Positions 1 through 8,445 are shown, counted from the stretch's first letter. The stretch: DNA of 24,000 nucleotides from Bryobacteraceae bacterium (GCA_040902885.1 JBBDWK010000075.1:17526-41525), one strand, 5' to 3'. Notes: generated by a model not told the origin, from the letters alone. Numbers and translations: made by a program.

Positions 1-604
1 GCTGCATCATGGGCGTTTCCACCTCGATGAAGCCGCGCTCCTCGAGCTGCCTCCGCAGCGACTGAATGATGCGCGCACGCGTGAGAAATACGCGCCGCAC
101 CTCGGGGTTGGCGATCAGGTCCAGGTAGCGCTGCCGGTAGCGCGTCTCGACGTCTTCCAGACCGTGCCACTTCTCGGGCATGGCCAGCAGCGTCTTCGAC
201 AGAAACTGGAGACCCGTTACATGCAGGCTCAGTTCGCCCGTGCGGGTGCGAAACAGGTAGCCTTCCGCCCCGATGATGTCCCCGAGGTCCAAAAGCTGGT
301 AAAGCGCGAAATCCTTCTCGCCGAGGGCGTCCTTCTTGACGTAAATCTGGAGGCGTTCGCCATTCTGCGTCAAATGCGCGAAGCCTGCTTTGCCCATGCG
401 CCGGATGGTGGCAATGCGGCCGGCTATGCGGACATCGATCTGCTTCGAGGCCAGCTCTTCAGCGGTTTTAACAGTATGATCCTCCAGAATTTGCGGGATG
501 GTGTGGGTATAGTCGAAACGCTGCCCGTAACCCCGGAAGCCCGAGGCTTCGATCTCGCGGATACGGCCCAGGCGCTGTTCGAGCAGCTCTTGTTCGAGCG
601 ACAA
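1..604 (-). CDS. lysS: Lysine--tRNA ligase (class II), N-terminal ~201 codons. The 3' end runs off the window start.
   Basis: Absent from the ORF track because it is open at the window edge and has a TTG start. Hand translation of the minus strand starts at TTG (complement of 602-604), with GAAGGAGA 5 nt upstream. It reads LSLEQELLEQRLGRIREIEASGFRGYGQRFDYTHT...VRIAGRIATIRRMGKAGFAHLTQNGERLQIYVKKD...LGDIIGAEGYLFRTRTGELSLHV...PEKWHGLEDVETRYRQRYLDLIANPEVRRVF...IIQSLRRQLEERGFIEVETPMMQ. This is the OB-fold anticodon-binding domain plus the start of the class II core, as in LysS. The listed + ORF 164..916 is its antisense shadow. Confidence 0.9.
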   Translation of the reverse strand, partial: MSLEQELLEQRLGRIREIEASGFRGYGQRFDYTHTIPQILEDHTVKTAEELASKQIDVRIAGRIATIRRMGKAGFAHLTQNGERLQIYVKKDALGEKDFALYQLLDLGDIIGAEGYLFRTRTGELSLHVTGLQFLSKTLLAMPEKWHGLEDVETRYRQRYLDLIANPEVRRVFLTRARIIQSLRRQLEERGFIEVETPMMQ

Positions 605-723
605 ATGAATCTCCTTCAGGGGAAAGAACTTATTATAAACTGGCCCGGCGGCCAAGATTGTTTCTTATCCTTCCCAATCGCGCGCAAAACCCGATGGCGT
701 ATGATGGAGGCAGAGCTTACAGT

Positions 724-969
724 ATGGCCAGAGGCTGGGAAAGTAAATCAGTCGCGGCCCAGATTGAAGCTGCCGAGGATCGGGGCACAAGTGGTAAGGC
801 GCTCACCTCCAAGCAGGTTCTGCTCCTTCAGGAGAAGGAGACTCTCAACCTTTCCAAAGTGCGCGTTCTGCGGGATCTGGAAAACTCTCGGAATCCCCGG
901 TACGCGGAAATTCTGAAGAAAGCGTTGGGAGAGCTGGAACGCCGGCTGGCAAAACTCGGATCGGCATAA
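724..969 (+). CDS. Small (81 aa) coiled-coil hypothetical protein, N-terminus MARGWESKSV
   Basis: Lies within ORF 658..969. I prefer the internal ATG at 724 (MARGWESKSVAAQIEAAEDRG...), with GGAGG at 706-710. The sequence is charged and helical with plausible codon usage. It is convergent with the downstream gene. I recognise no function. Confidence 0.55.
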   Translation: MARGWESKSVAAQIEAAEDRGTSGKALTSKQVLLLQEKETLNLSKVRVLRDLENSRNPRYAEILKKALGELERRLAKLGSA

Positions 970-985
970 CACCTGGGGCTGCGCC

Positions 986-3151
986 TCAGTTCAAGGCTAC
1001 TACGTCCACGTCTCCGCGGCGCCGCTCCACGGTCACGGCAACCACGTTGGGATACCGGTGGAGGGACAGGTCCAGGGACGAATCGCCAATCACCAGGTTT
1101 GAGATCCGAAGCCGCTGAACGGTATCCGGCAGGACCGGGTGCGCGAAGACCACATGATTCTGGGTCGCGTCCACGGTGATGCCCAGCGAGGCTTCGAGCA
1201 ACTGGAACACGGCTCCCGCCGCCCATGCCTGGGGCGAACATGCTACCGGATAGAGGGTTGGCCCCTTCCCGTAGCGGCGCGGGAAACCGCAAAACAGCTC
1301 CGGGAGCCGATGCAGGTCCACATAGGTTGAGGCATCGAACAGCCCGTCGAGAACCTTCGACGCCAGCTTTTTCATTCCGTAGTGCGCGAAGCCGGCGGCT
1401 ATCAGAGCGTTGTCGTGGGGCCAGACGGAGCCGTTGTGATAGGCCATCGGGTTGTACCGGGCCTCGGTCTGCGCCACCGTGCGGATGCCCCAGCCGCAAA
1501 AGAAATCCTCGCCCGTGAGCCCTTCGGCAACGATGCGGGCGTGCGCGGCGTCGGCGATGCGGGAGTAAAGAACGTGCCCGGCGTTGGAGGTGCGCACACG
1601 GCACGGTTTCTTTTCGCCGTCCAGGGCGATCGCGTATGTGCCCAGATCTTCGCACCAGAACGCAGCCTCAAAGCGTTCCTTCAACCGGCCGGCTTCGCCG
1701 CGAAGAGCCTGCGCCCGCTCGTAAAATCCCATCAGGCCCGCCAGTTCGGCCGCCCACAGCTTGGCGGCATAGACGTATCCCTGAACTTCGCACAGCGCCA
1801 CCGGTCCCTCCGCCAAAGTTCCATCGGCGTGAAATACGGAATCCGGCGAGTCCTTCCATCCCTGCTGGGATAAGCCTTTCGGGTTGAGCCGGCGATACTC
1901 CACGAACCCGTCCCCATCCACGTCGCCGTACTTGTCGATCCATTCGAGAGCCCGCTCCACATTGGGCCATATGGACTCGATAAAACTGAGATTGGCTGTG
2001 CGGCGATAGTATGCTCCCGCCAGTATGACGAACAGCGGCGTTGAATCGACGCTTCCGTAGTAGCAGCCGAACGGCACCTCCTTGAGCGCGGCCATTTCGC
2101 CCTCTCGGGTTTCATGGAGGATCTTGCCCGGCTCGGCATCCCGCTCCCCGGAGAATTCGGCGGCCTGATGCGCGGCCAGGTAAGCCAGCACTCCGCGCGC
2201 GATTCCGGGAGCGGCCCAGAGCGATTCGAGGGCCGTGATGATTCCATCCCGGCCAAATACCGTGCTGAACCAGGGCACGCCGGCATAAGGATAGAGGCCG
2301 TGCGGCGTGGCTGTCAGCATCATGTTCAGGTCCGCCGTGGACCGCTCCACCCATCCGTTGAACTGCTCGTTGGAAGTGTCAATCCCGCACTCGAGACGCT
2401 CCGCGCTGGCCGTCGCCCGAATCGCTTCGATGTGGGCGGTTGCAAAGGAGAGCGGCGCCGGCCGGGAGTTCTGCGTTTCGCAGACCGCGGTGACTACGAA
2501 CGTCTCCTCTCCGTTCCGCGGAAGCTGAACGGTAAGGTGCATCTCCGAGGCCGTCAGAAGATGCGGCGGCGGCGTGCAGTGCAGCCTGGTCCGCCGGACG
2601 ACTCCGTCCAGGCCTTCATAGCCTAACACCACGCCCCCGTCTTCTAGACGGGTTTCGAGCATCTCGCCGCGCCGGTCCCGCTGCTGCCCGCGCACTTCGA
2701 AGATGTCCGCGTAATCCGCCCCGAACCCGACCGAGAAATCGACTTCTATCTCCGAGAGAGCGAAGTTCGACACCTGAATCATCTCGTAGTAGATGCCCTT
2801 CCAGAGAAATTTCGAGCGAAACAGATGCAGCGAGCCGCGTGGCAGAACCACTTCTCCCTCGAAGTAGATGTCGGGGTTGGTGAGATCCACCGCCATCACC
2901 ACGTTGTCCTTTCGCACGGAGGAGCTCAACAGCAGCGGGCGGCCCTTGGCGAGCTCGAGCGTGAGCTGCGAGAGGAAGCGGGTGCCGTGGTGAAAGATGC
3001 CCGCTTCGGACCGGTCCGCCAGATGGATGTCGCCGAAGGTATCGAAGATGCCGAAGGTATCGTCCTGCTTCAGGACGATCGTCCGCTCCCGAGTCGGGGG
3101 GGCCGTCGCCTGAATATAATACTGTTCCTGTGGGCGAATGCCTGTTGGCAC
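986..3151 (-). CDS. Amylo-alpha-1,6-glucosidase family protein (bacterial/archaeal glycogen-debranching-enzyme-like: GDE N-terminal domain plus GDE_C (alpha/alpha)6 barrel)
   Basis: 721-aa ORF with a GTG start (complement of 3149-3151). The N-terminus QYYIQA...VLKQDDTFGIFDTFGDI...GIFHHGTRFLS is typical of the GDE N-terminal domain. The core GVPWFSTVFGRDGIITALE...GKILHE...GCYYGSVDSTPLF...QGWKDS...YHNGSVWPHDN matches GDE_C family motifs. Confidence 0.9.
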   Translation of the reverse strand: MPTGIRPQEQYYIQATAPPTRERTIVLKQDDTFGIFDTFGDIHLADRSEAGIFHHGTRFLSQLTLELAKGRPLLLSSSVRKDNVVMAVDLTNPDIYFEGEVVLPRGSLHLFRSKFLWKGIYYEMIQVSNFALSEIEVDFSVGFGADYADIFEVRGQQRDRRGEMLETRLEDGGVVLGYEGLDGVVRRTRLHCTPPPHLLTASEMHLTVQLPRNGEETFVVTAVCETQNSRPAPLSFATAHIEAIRATASAERLECGIDTSNEQFNGWVERSTADLNMMLTATPHGLYPYAGVPWFSTVFGRDGIITALESLWAAPGIARGVLAYLAAHQAAEFSGERDAEPGKILHETREGEMAALKEVPFGCYYGSVDSTPLFVILAGAYYRRTANLSFIESIWPNVERALEWIDKYGDVDGDGFVEYRRLNPKGLSQQGWKDSPDSVFHADGTLAEGPVALCEVQGYVYAAKLWAAELAGLMGFYERAQALRGEAGRLKERFEAAFWCEDLGTYAIALDGEKKPCRVRTSNAGHVLYSRIADAAHARIVAEGLTGEDFFCGWGIRTVAQTEARYNPMAYHNGSVWPHDNALIAAGFAHYGMKKLASKVLDGLFDASTYVDLHRLPELFCGFPRRYGKGPTLYPVACSPQAWAAGAVFQLLEASLGITVDATQNHVVFAHPVLPDTVQRLRISNLVIGDSSLDLSLHRYPNVVAVTVERRRGDVDVVALN

Positions 3152-3162
3152 GGATATCTTCC

Positions 3163-3221
3163 CTCAATCACACCGTATCGGGCTCAATCACACCGCATCG
3201 GCCTCATCACGCCGCATCGGC
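3163..3221. repeat. Three tandem copies of a ~20-bp unit spanning the GT4 stop codon and the GT4-GDE spacer
   Basis: The copies are ctcaatcacaccgtatcggg (3163-3182), ctcaatcacaccgcatcggc (3183-3202) and ctcatcacgccgcatcggc (3203-3221). The third copy encodes the last codons and the TGA stop of the GT4 gene. The other two fill nearly the whole intergenic spacer. Confidence 0.85.
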
Positions 3222-4253
3222 GACGAGTTCGGCCGACTGCAGCCGCTCGTACGCGGCGAGATAATCCTCGGCCATCCGCCTCGCGCTGAAACGTTTTTCA
3301 AACCGCTCCCGGCAGCGCCGCCGGCAGATGCCCGGGACTTTTTCCAGCGCTTCAATCGCTTCCTCCACGCTGTTCACGACGAGGCCGGTCACGCCTTCGT
3401 CCATCACTTCCGGAACCGATCCCCGATTGTACGCAATCACCGGCGTACCGCAGGCCATGGATTCGATCATGGCGAGTCCGAACGGCTCCGGCCAGTCGAT
3501 GGGGAACAGCATGGCATAAGCGTTGCCGAGGAATTCGTCTTTCTCCGCATCGCCAATCTCGTCCACGAACTCAATCCGGGGATCGTTCAATAAAGGCTTG
3601 ATGACAGTCAGGAAGTACTCGCGATCGGCGCGGTCCACCTTGGCCGCAATCCGCAGCGGCATGTCCGCGCGTTTGGCGATTTCAATGGCGCGGTCCACCC
3701 CTTTTTCCGGCGATATACGGCCCAGAAACGCGAGGTACTCTCCGGGCTCCTCATGGAGTTTGAATAAGTCCTCGGGGACACCGTGATACACGGTTCCCAG
3801 CCACTGGAGCCACGGGAGAGGCGTGCGCTGGGCGTCGGAAATGGAGATGAGCCGCATCTCCCCATACTCCTTGTATAACGGGACCAGTTCCGGGAGATCC
3901 AGCCGGCCGTGTAATGTCGTGATGCCGGAGATGCCGTGCCGGCGAAACAGCGGATAGTGAAGATAATCGGTATGAAAGTGCACGACGTCAAAGTTCGCGG
4001 CCTGCCGGAAGACTTCCTCCAGCATTAAAAAATGATGGAGAAGGCAGTCTCCGCATTCCTGGTCCAGTCTCAGAGAGCGCGGGCAGGCGGGAACCAGTTC
4101 GGCGCGGGTGATGGAATCGCCGCTGGCAAACAAGGTGACGGAATGTCCCGCCCGAACCAGTTCTTCCGTCAAGAAGGAGACAACGCGCTCGGTGCCCCCA
4201 TAGAGCTTGGGCGGCACACTCTCGTAGAGTGGAGAGACTTGGGCTATTCGCAA
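3207..4253 (-). CDS. Glycosyltransferase family 4 (GT-B fold, group 1)
   Basis: The track ORF 3207..4514 is over-extended and would overlap the apbC 3' end. Homology starts at (M)RIAQVSPLYESVPPKLYGGTERVVSFLTEELVRAGHSVTLFASGDS, from TTG (complement of 4251-4253) with GGAGGTG 7 nt upstream. The C-terminal half carries the GT1/GT4 signature EPFGLAMIESMACGTPVIAYNRGSVPEVM. Length is 348 aa. Confidence 0.9.
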   Translation of the reverse strand: MRIAQVSPLYESVPPKLYGGTERVVSFLTEELVRAGHSVTLFASGDSITRAELVPACPRSLRLDQECGDCLLHHFLMLEEVFRQAANFDVVHFHTDYLHYPLFRRHGISGITTLHGRLDLPELVPLYKEYGEMRLISISDAQRTPLPWLQWLGTVYHGVPEDLFKLHEEPGEYLAFLGRISPEKGVDRAIEIAKRADMPLRIAAKVDRADREYFLTVIKPLLNDPRIEFVDEIGDAEKDEFLGNAYAMLFPIDWPEPFGLAMIESMACGTPVIAYNRGSVPEVMDEGVTGLVVNSVEEAIEALEKVPGICRRRCRERFEKRFSARRMAEDYLAAYERLQSAELVADAA

Positions 4254-4359
4254 CCAACCACCTCCGGACCCCGGCCGGGGCCGGTTGTCCCTTACCCTAG
4301 ATGCAAGTTGGATACCGTGCGGAGGCACACCGCCTTTGCGCGGGTGCGGTTGTGGACGG

Positions 4360-5205
4360 TCAGTCGCTAATCTCAATGCTGGGACCGGTTTGCGGGCCAA
4401 TCTGCCGCAGCCGCTCGACCATGGCGCGCGCCAGCCGCTCGAATCCGGCGGCGTTCGGCTCGTCGCCCTTGCCGGCGGATACCGGCCGGCCGGTATCGCC
4501 GCCGGCGCGCACAACCGGGTCGAGAGGCAGTTCGCCCAGGAAGTGGACGTTCATCCGCTCCGCGGTGCGCTTGCCCCCGCCGGAGCTGAAGACGTCGATG
4601 CGTTCGCTGCAGTGCGGGCACATGAGGTAGCTCATGTTCTCAACGATGCCCAGAACCTCCACCTTCACCTGCTGGAACATGAGAACGGCCTTCCGCGCGT
4701 CTTCGAGCGAGACGTCCGAGGGCGTGGTGACCACCATCGCGCCGGTGATGGGGGCGGTCTGAATCAGAGTGAGCTGAACATCCCCGGTGCCAGGCGGCAG
4801 GTCGATGATCAGGTAATCCAGCTCCCCCCAATCCACGCCCCGCAAAAACTGCTGGATGACGCTGTGCAGCATGGGCCCGCGCCAGACCAGCGGGCGGTCG
4901 CCCGGATTCAGGAAGCCCATGGACATCAGCTTCACGCCGTAATTCTCCAGCGGCTGGATGCGCTCCTCGCGCGCCGATGGAGGCTGGCTGACGCCCATCA
5001 TGAGCGGCACGTTGGGACCGTAGACATCCGCATCGAGCAGGCCCACCCGATGGCCCATTTTGGCCAGCGATACCGCGAGGTTCACGGCCACGGTGGTCTT
5101 GCCGACCCCGCCTTTGCCGGAACCGACAGCGATCAAGCTGCGCACACCGGGAATGGGAAGCTTGGGAGGCGTACCGCCCCCCGGGCCAGGCTGGTTGGGG
5201 TTCAT
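4360..5205 (-). CDS. apbC: Mrp/NBP35-family iron-sulfur cluster carrier ATPase (ApbC-like)
   Basis: It has the deviant Walker A GSGKGGVGKTTVAVNLA. LLDADVYGPNVP, DYLIIDLPPGTGD and the CPHC cluster-ligand motif (MCPHCSERIDVFSSGGG) follow. Length is 281 aa. Confidence 0.93.
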   Translation of the reverse strand: MNPNQPGPGGGTPPKLPIPGVRSLIAVGSGKGGVGKTTVAVNLAVSLAKMGHRVGLLDADVYGPNVPLMMGVSQPPSAREERIQPLENYGVKLMSMGFLNPGDRPLVWRGPMLHSVIQQFLRGVDWGELDYLIIDLPPGTGDVQLTLIQTAPITGAMVVTTPSDVSLEDARKAVLMFQQVKVEVLGIVENMSYLMCPHCSERIDVFSSGGGKRTAERMNVHFLGELPLDPVVRAGGDTGRPVSAGKGDEPNAAGFERLARAMVERLRQIGPQTGPSIEISD

Positions 5206-5276
5206 TTCCTTTATCGTAGCATCGGGGTTGTTGGGGGCGGATGTTCTTGCAGATCCTCGCAGGCGATGAACGGTAA

Positions 5277-7133
5277 CTAGCGCACCAACAGTGAGACCCG
5301 GTTACTCAGCGCGCCTTGCGCCTCCATTTCCAGCGTCAGCCTTCCCGATTGAATGCTCTCCGGGACGCGGACGTTGACTTGATACAGTCCGGCGAAGCCC
5401 GGCGCCAGACCGGCCCAGGCGACCTCAACGGCTTGGCCGCCGATCCGCACGATCGGGAACTGAACCAGCGTGGGCGCGGGCAGTCCGGCAGGCTCGCCCG
5501 CTTCCGCCGGCCGGTCCAGCTCGCCCAGGCCGGTAGCGTACACGAGGATGTAGTCGCCGCGTGCGGTCTGGTTCTCAACGTTTACGAGAGCGTAATCCGA
5601 AGCGCGGAGAATCGCCGGAAAACCGTCCGCGGCGACAAAAATTCCCGGCGTGGCGCGGGCTACCGCTACCGTCCGCTCCAACGTCGCCGAACCGCGATGC
5701 ACGCGCAAGACGGCGGTTGAGCGGCCCTGCAACGCCCAAGGCATCTGCAGGTTTATCTGCCCAGGCGAAACGTAGAATAGCGGTGCCGCGAGGCCATCCA
5801 CGGATACCCGAACGCCCGCCAGTTCGGTAGGCAACGGCATCGTAATCGCGGCCGCGGTTGCCTCCGCGAGGTTCGAGCCGAGCAGAGTCGCGATGGATCC
5901 CGGCGCAACCGCCCCCGGCTCGAAGCTCGCCGCGTTCACCACTCCCTGCGCCGATAACGCGGGCTCCGGCGTTCCAGCAACAAGCCGCATCACGAAGCTG
6001 TCTCGCGATTCGATCGGTCGGACTGTGCCAAAAAAGTCGGGCGAGTCTGTCCAGGCCGCAAGCGCCAATGAACTGTCAGGCAAAAAAGCCGCGGCCGTTG
6101 CCTGATCTTGCGCCTGTCCGCCAAGGCACGACGAGAGCGTTAGGGCCGTGCCGTCAGGCTGCAACCACGCCACGAAAGCGTCCTCATCCGTATCGCCGCT
6201 CAGCTTCCGGCAGTCGCCCACATTGTTGACCACGGGAAAGTCGTCTGAAGAGGTAGCGCCCGCCAGGGCAACGGCGCCGGAACGGGCAACCGCAAGTGCC
6301 GCAACCGTCTCCTCGCGCCGTCCGCCTATGCGCGTGCTGTACTCGAGACTGGACAGCGACGGGCTCAGCTTGGCTATAAACGCATCGCCGGTACTGGCGG
6401 CTGCCGGGAGGGGCTGCAATGGTTTCCGCACCGGCAGATCCTCCGAATTCGTGCCGCCGGCCAGGTAGATGGAACCGTTCGCATCCACGCCGGTGTATGG
6501 CGTCATTTCGCTTCCCGAACCACCGAAGTACGTCGCGTGCAGAACGCGCGACGCATCGCTTGCGATGATTGCCAGGAAGGCGTCGTGCGCGCCTCCCTTT
6601 GTCGGCTGCACGGAGCCGGCCGGGACCGGCAGATCTGGAGAACCGGTCACCCCCGATACGACCACATCTCCGTTCCGGTCGATGGCCAGGTCCGTCACAG
6701 AATCCTCATGGGCCCCTCCGAAGAACGTGCCGGCAACCACGGCACCCGCGGGTGAGAGCTTCAGCAGCAGCGCATCACGCTGGTTGGACGGAACCACGAC
6801 ATACGCCGGTTCGGCCGCGCCGAAAAACGCGATGCCGCTCGGCTGCAAGACGGGCAGGTCTTTAGAGAGCCGCCAGGATTCGCCTCCATTCTCACTCACA
6901 AACAGCCCCAGACGACTACCGGCATACACGCGCGAAGATGCAATCGACAATGGTTCAATCAGCGTATCGGGCAGCAAGTCCGCAAGCCGCTCCCAGGTCA
7001 ACCCCTGATCGGTGCTTTTCCAGATTCGCCCGACTGGCCGCCGCCGGCGAACAGCACGTTCGAGTTTGCCGGATCGATCGCAAGGGAAACGACCCGGTCT
7101 CTCGTGTCCATGCCGACCACTACACGCTGCCAC
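5277..7133 (-). CDS. Downstream fragment of a frameshifted secreted beta-propeller protein: last BNR/Asp-box, four SBBP repeats, and a C-terminal TIGR03437-like (Solibacter-type) domain
   Basis: The homology-supported part begins near 7028 (RIWKSTDQGLTWERL). The ORF upstream of that is read-through in a wrong frame. SBBP-like repeats include FGGAHEDSVTDLAIDRNGDVVVSGVTGSPDLPV and YFGGSGSEMTPYTGVDANGSIYLAGGTNSEDLPV. The C-terminus GVVNAASFEPGAVAPGSIATLLGSNLA...PLFYVSPGQINLQMPW...GLYQVNVRVP matches the TIGR03437 pattern as I remember it. Confidence 0.8.
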   Translation of the reverse strand: MAACSGRHGHERPGRFPCDRSGKLERAVRRRRPVGRIWKSTDQGLTWERLADLLPDTLIEPLSIASSRVYAGSRLGLFVSENGGESWRLSKDLPVLQPSGIAFFGAAEPAYVVVPSNQRDALLLKLSPAGAVVAGTFFGGAHEDSVTDLAIDRNGDVVVSGVTGSPDLPVPAGSVQPTKGGAHDAFLAIIASDASRVLHATYFGGSGSEMTPYTGVDANGSIYLAGGTNSEDLPVRKPLQPLPAAASTGDAFIAKLSPSLSSLEYSTRIGGRREETVAALAVARSGAVALAGATSSDDFPVVNNVGDCRKLSGDTDEDAFVAWLQPDGTALTLSSCLGGQAQDQATAAAFLPDSSLALAAWTDSPDFFGTVRPIESRDSFVMRLVAGTPEPALSAQGVVNAASFEPGAVAPGSIATLLGSNLAEATAAAITMPLPTELAGVRVSVDGLAAPLFYVSPGQINLQMPWALQGRSTAVLRVHRGSATLERTVAVARATPGIFVAADGFPAILRASDYALVNVENQTARGDYILVYATGLGELDRPAEAGEPAGLPAPTLVQFPIVRIGGQAVEVAWAGLAPGFAGLYQVNVRVPESIQSGRLTLEMEAQGALSNRVSLLVR

Positions 7134-8329
7134 GTCGCTCCTCCATTGGCAGTCCGAAACAGGCCATTGGAGGTACCCGCGTACAGCAGCGGCGCATTGG
7201 AATCCCAGACAAGCGTCTCGACGTATGTCTGGTCAAAAGGCGTAGGCGTCACGACGAGCCCTGTCGGCTGCCAACTGCCACCCGCATCCGTGCTTTTGAA
7301 TACCCCCTGGCGGTTCCCTGCGTAAACGGTATCGGGGTTGCGGGGATCGAACACGACCTTGGATACGAATCCGAGGTCCTGCCCGGACTTGGTCCACGTG
7401 ACGCCTCCGTTGCTGCTCCGGTACAGCCCCTGCCCCGTCGCGGCGATCAGACGCTCCGGGAATCCACTCTGCGTGGCCAGGGAGAACACCCCCGCATCCG
7501 CTCCTAGTTGTGAGGCTGTAAAGCTCTCCCCTCCATCCGTGCTGCGGTAGACGACGCCCTGGCCGCCCGCATACACCACCTGCGGGTTGCCGGGCCGCGC
7601 CGATACCGAATAAGCGGTCACGTTTCGGAACACGGGCTTCCACGCACCCGTTTCGCTCGTCTTCCGATAGACGGTCGCCCACTCTACCTGCCGCCGGAAG
7701 CCAGTGAGGCCCGGGAAGTTCGTGCTTGCGCTAGCATTCGCCGCTATCCACAAGTTCCCTCTCGCATCCAGTGCCGCCGCCGCGACTCTGTCTATGTTAT
7801 CCGGGAGGCCGTACGTCCAAAGTACTCGAGAGCCATCGGGTGAGAGCTTCAGAACATAGTAAGGGGTGTTCGGAACCGGGTTCGTCCACGGGAAATCGCG
7901 CGATGAGGTGAAGCCATGGACGTACACGCCGCCGAATGCATCAACGGCGATGCCATGCACAATATCCTCGCGGTCGCCGCCGAGATACGTGAGCCAGGCA
8001 ATCTGTCCGGACGGCCCGAGCTTCGCCACAAACACATCGTTGCACGGGCGCAGGTGGCCGATGAAGATGGGACAGAGTCCGCCGGCGTAAGTTCGCTTGA
8101 GCGCCCCATCTGTCACAGGCAGGTCGGGAGACGTGGTGTAACCGGCAACGTACACATTGCCTTGCGCGTCGGACCCCATTGCGGTGATCCCGTCGCCGCC
8201 CGACCCGCCAATCCGCTGCGCTACGGTAATTGCAGCCGATGGTGGCTCCGCTCCTCGAAGCGCGATCACAGCGCCCGACAGTCCCAGTGCGAGCGGCAGG
8301 ACGAGACAAACGATTCTCCAGCGTGGCAT
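6998..8329 (-). CDS. Upstream fragment of the same frameshifted gene: signal peptide, SBBP repeats, and a BNR/Asp-box beta-propeller
   Basis: The signal peptide is MPRWRIVCLVLPLALGLSGAVIALRGA. An SBBP repeat reads GGSGGDGITAMGSDAQGNVYVAGYTTSPDLPVT. The Asp-box series is YRSTDGGESF, YRSSNGGVTW, FKSTDAGGSW and FRTANGGATW. The ORF ends ...NVLFAGGGQSGESGKAPIRG*, and the repeat pattern continues in the -1 frame. Confidence 0.85.
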   Translation of the reverse strand: MPRWRIVCLVLPLALGLSGAVIALRGAEPPSAAITVAQRIGGSGGDGITAMGSDAQGNVYVAGYTTSPDLPVTDGALKRTYAGGLCPIFIGHLRPCNDVFVAKLGPSGQIAWLTYLGGDREDIVHGIAVDAFGGVYVHGFTSSRDFPWTNPVPNTPYYVLKLSPDGSRVLWTYGLPDNIDRVAAAALDARGNLWIAANASASTNFPGLTGFRRQVEWATVYRKTSETGAWKPVFRNVTAYSVSARPGNPQVVYAGGQGVVYRSTDGGESFTASQLGADAGVFSLATQSGFPERLIAATGQGLYRSSNGGVTWTKSGQDLGFVSKVVFDPRNPDTVYAGNRQGVFKSTDAGGSWQPTGLVVTPTPFDQTYVETLVWDSNAPLLYAGTSNGLFRTANGGATWQRVVVGMDTRDRVVSLAIDPANSNVLFAGGGQSGESGKAPIRG

Positions 8330-8445
8330 TCACCCGTGCGCTTGCACACAGTTTGCCACCGGCTAAGTTACCGTTTGTGAACCAAGCGGCTGCTATACCT
8401 GTGTCGTCTCGACTCAGTGCGCGTCGGCTAAGCCGCGGCCATAGT

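Noticed and set aside
3163-3221. Possible mini CRISPR array
   Set aside because: The three 19-20-bp copies are directly adjacent with no spacers. There are no cas genes in the window, and one copy is the end of a coding sequence.
3207-4514. 435-aa version of the GT4 glycosyltransferase
   Set aside because: The first ~87 codons are Pro/Arg/Gly-rich, overlap the apbC 3' end, and have no GT4 homology. A TTG with a strong SD sits exactly where family homology starts (4253).
7000-7060. Programmed -1 ribosomal frameshift joining the two propeller ORFs
   Set aside because: There is no X-XXY-YYZ slippery heptamer at the position where the frame must change (before CGA ATC TGG). The nearby GGAAAAG lies downstream of the required switch. 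Two other genes in the window show similar simple indels, so an indel is the economical explanation.
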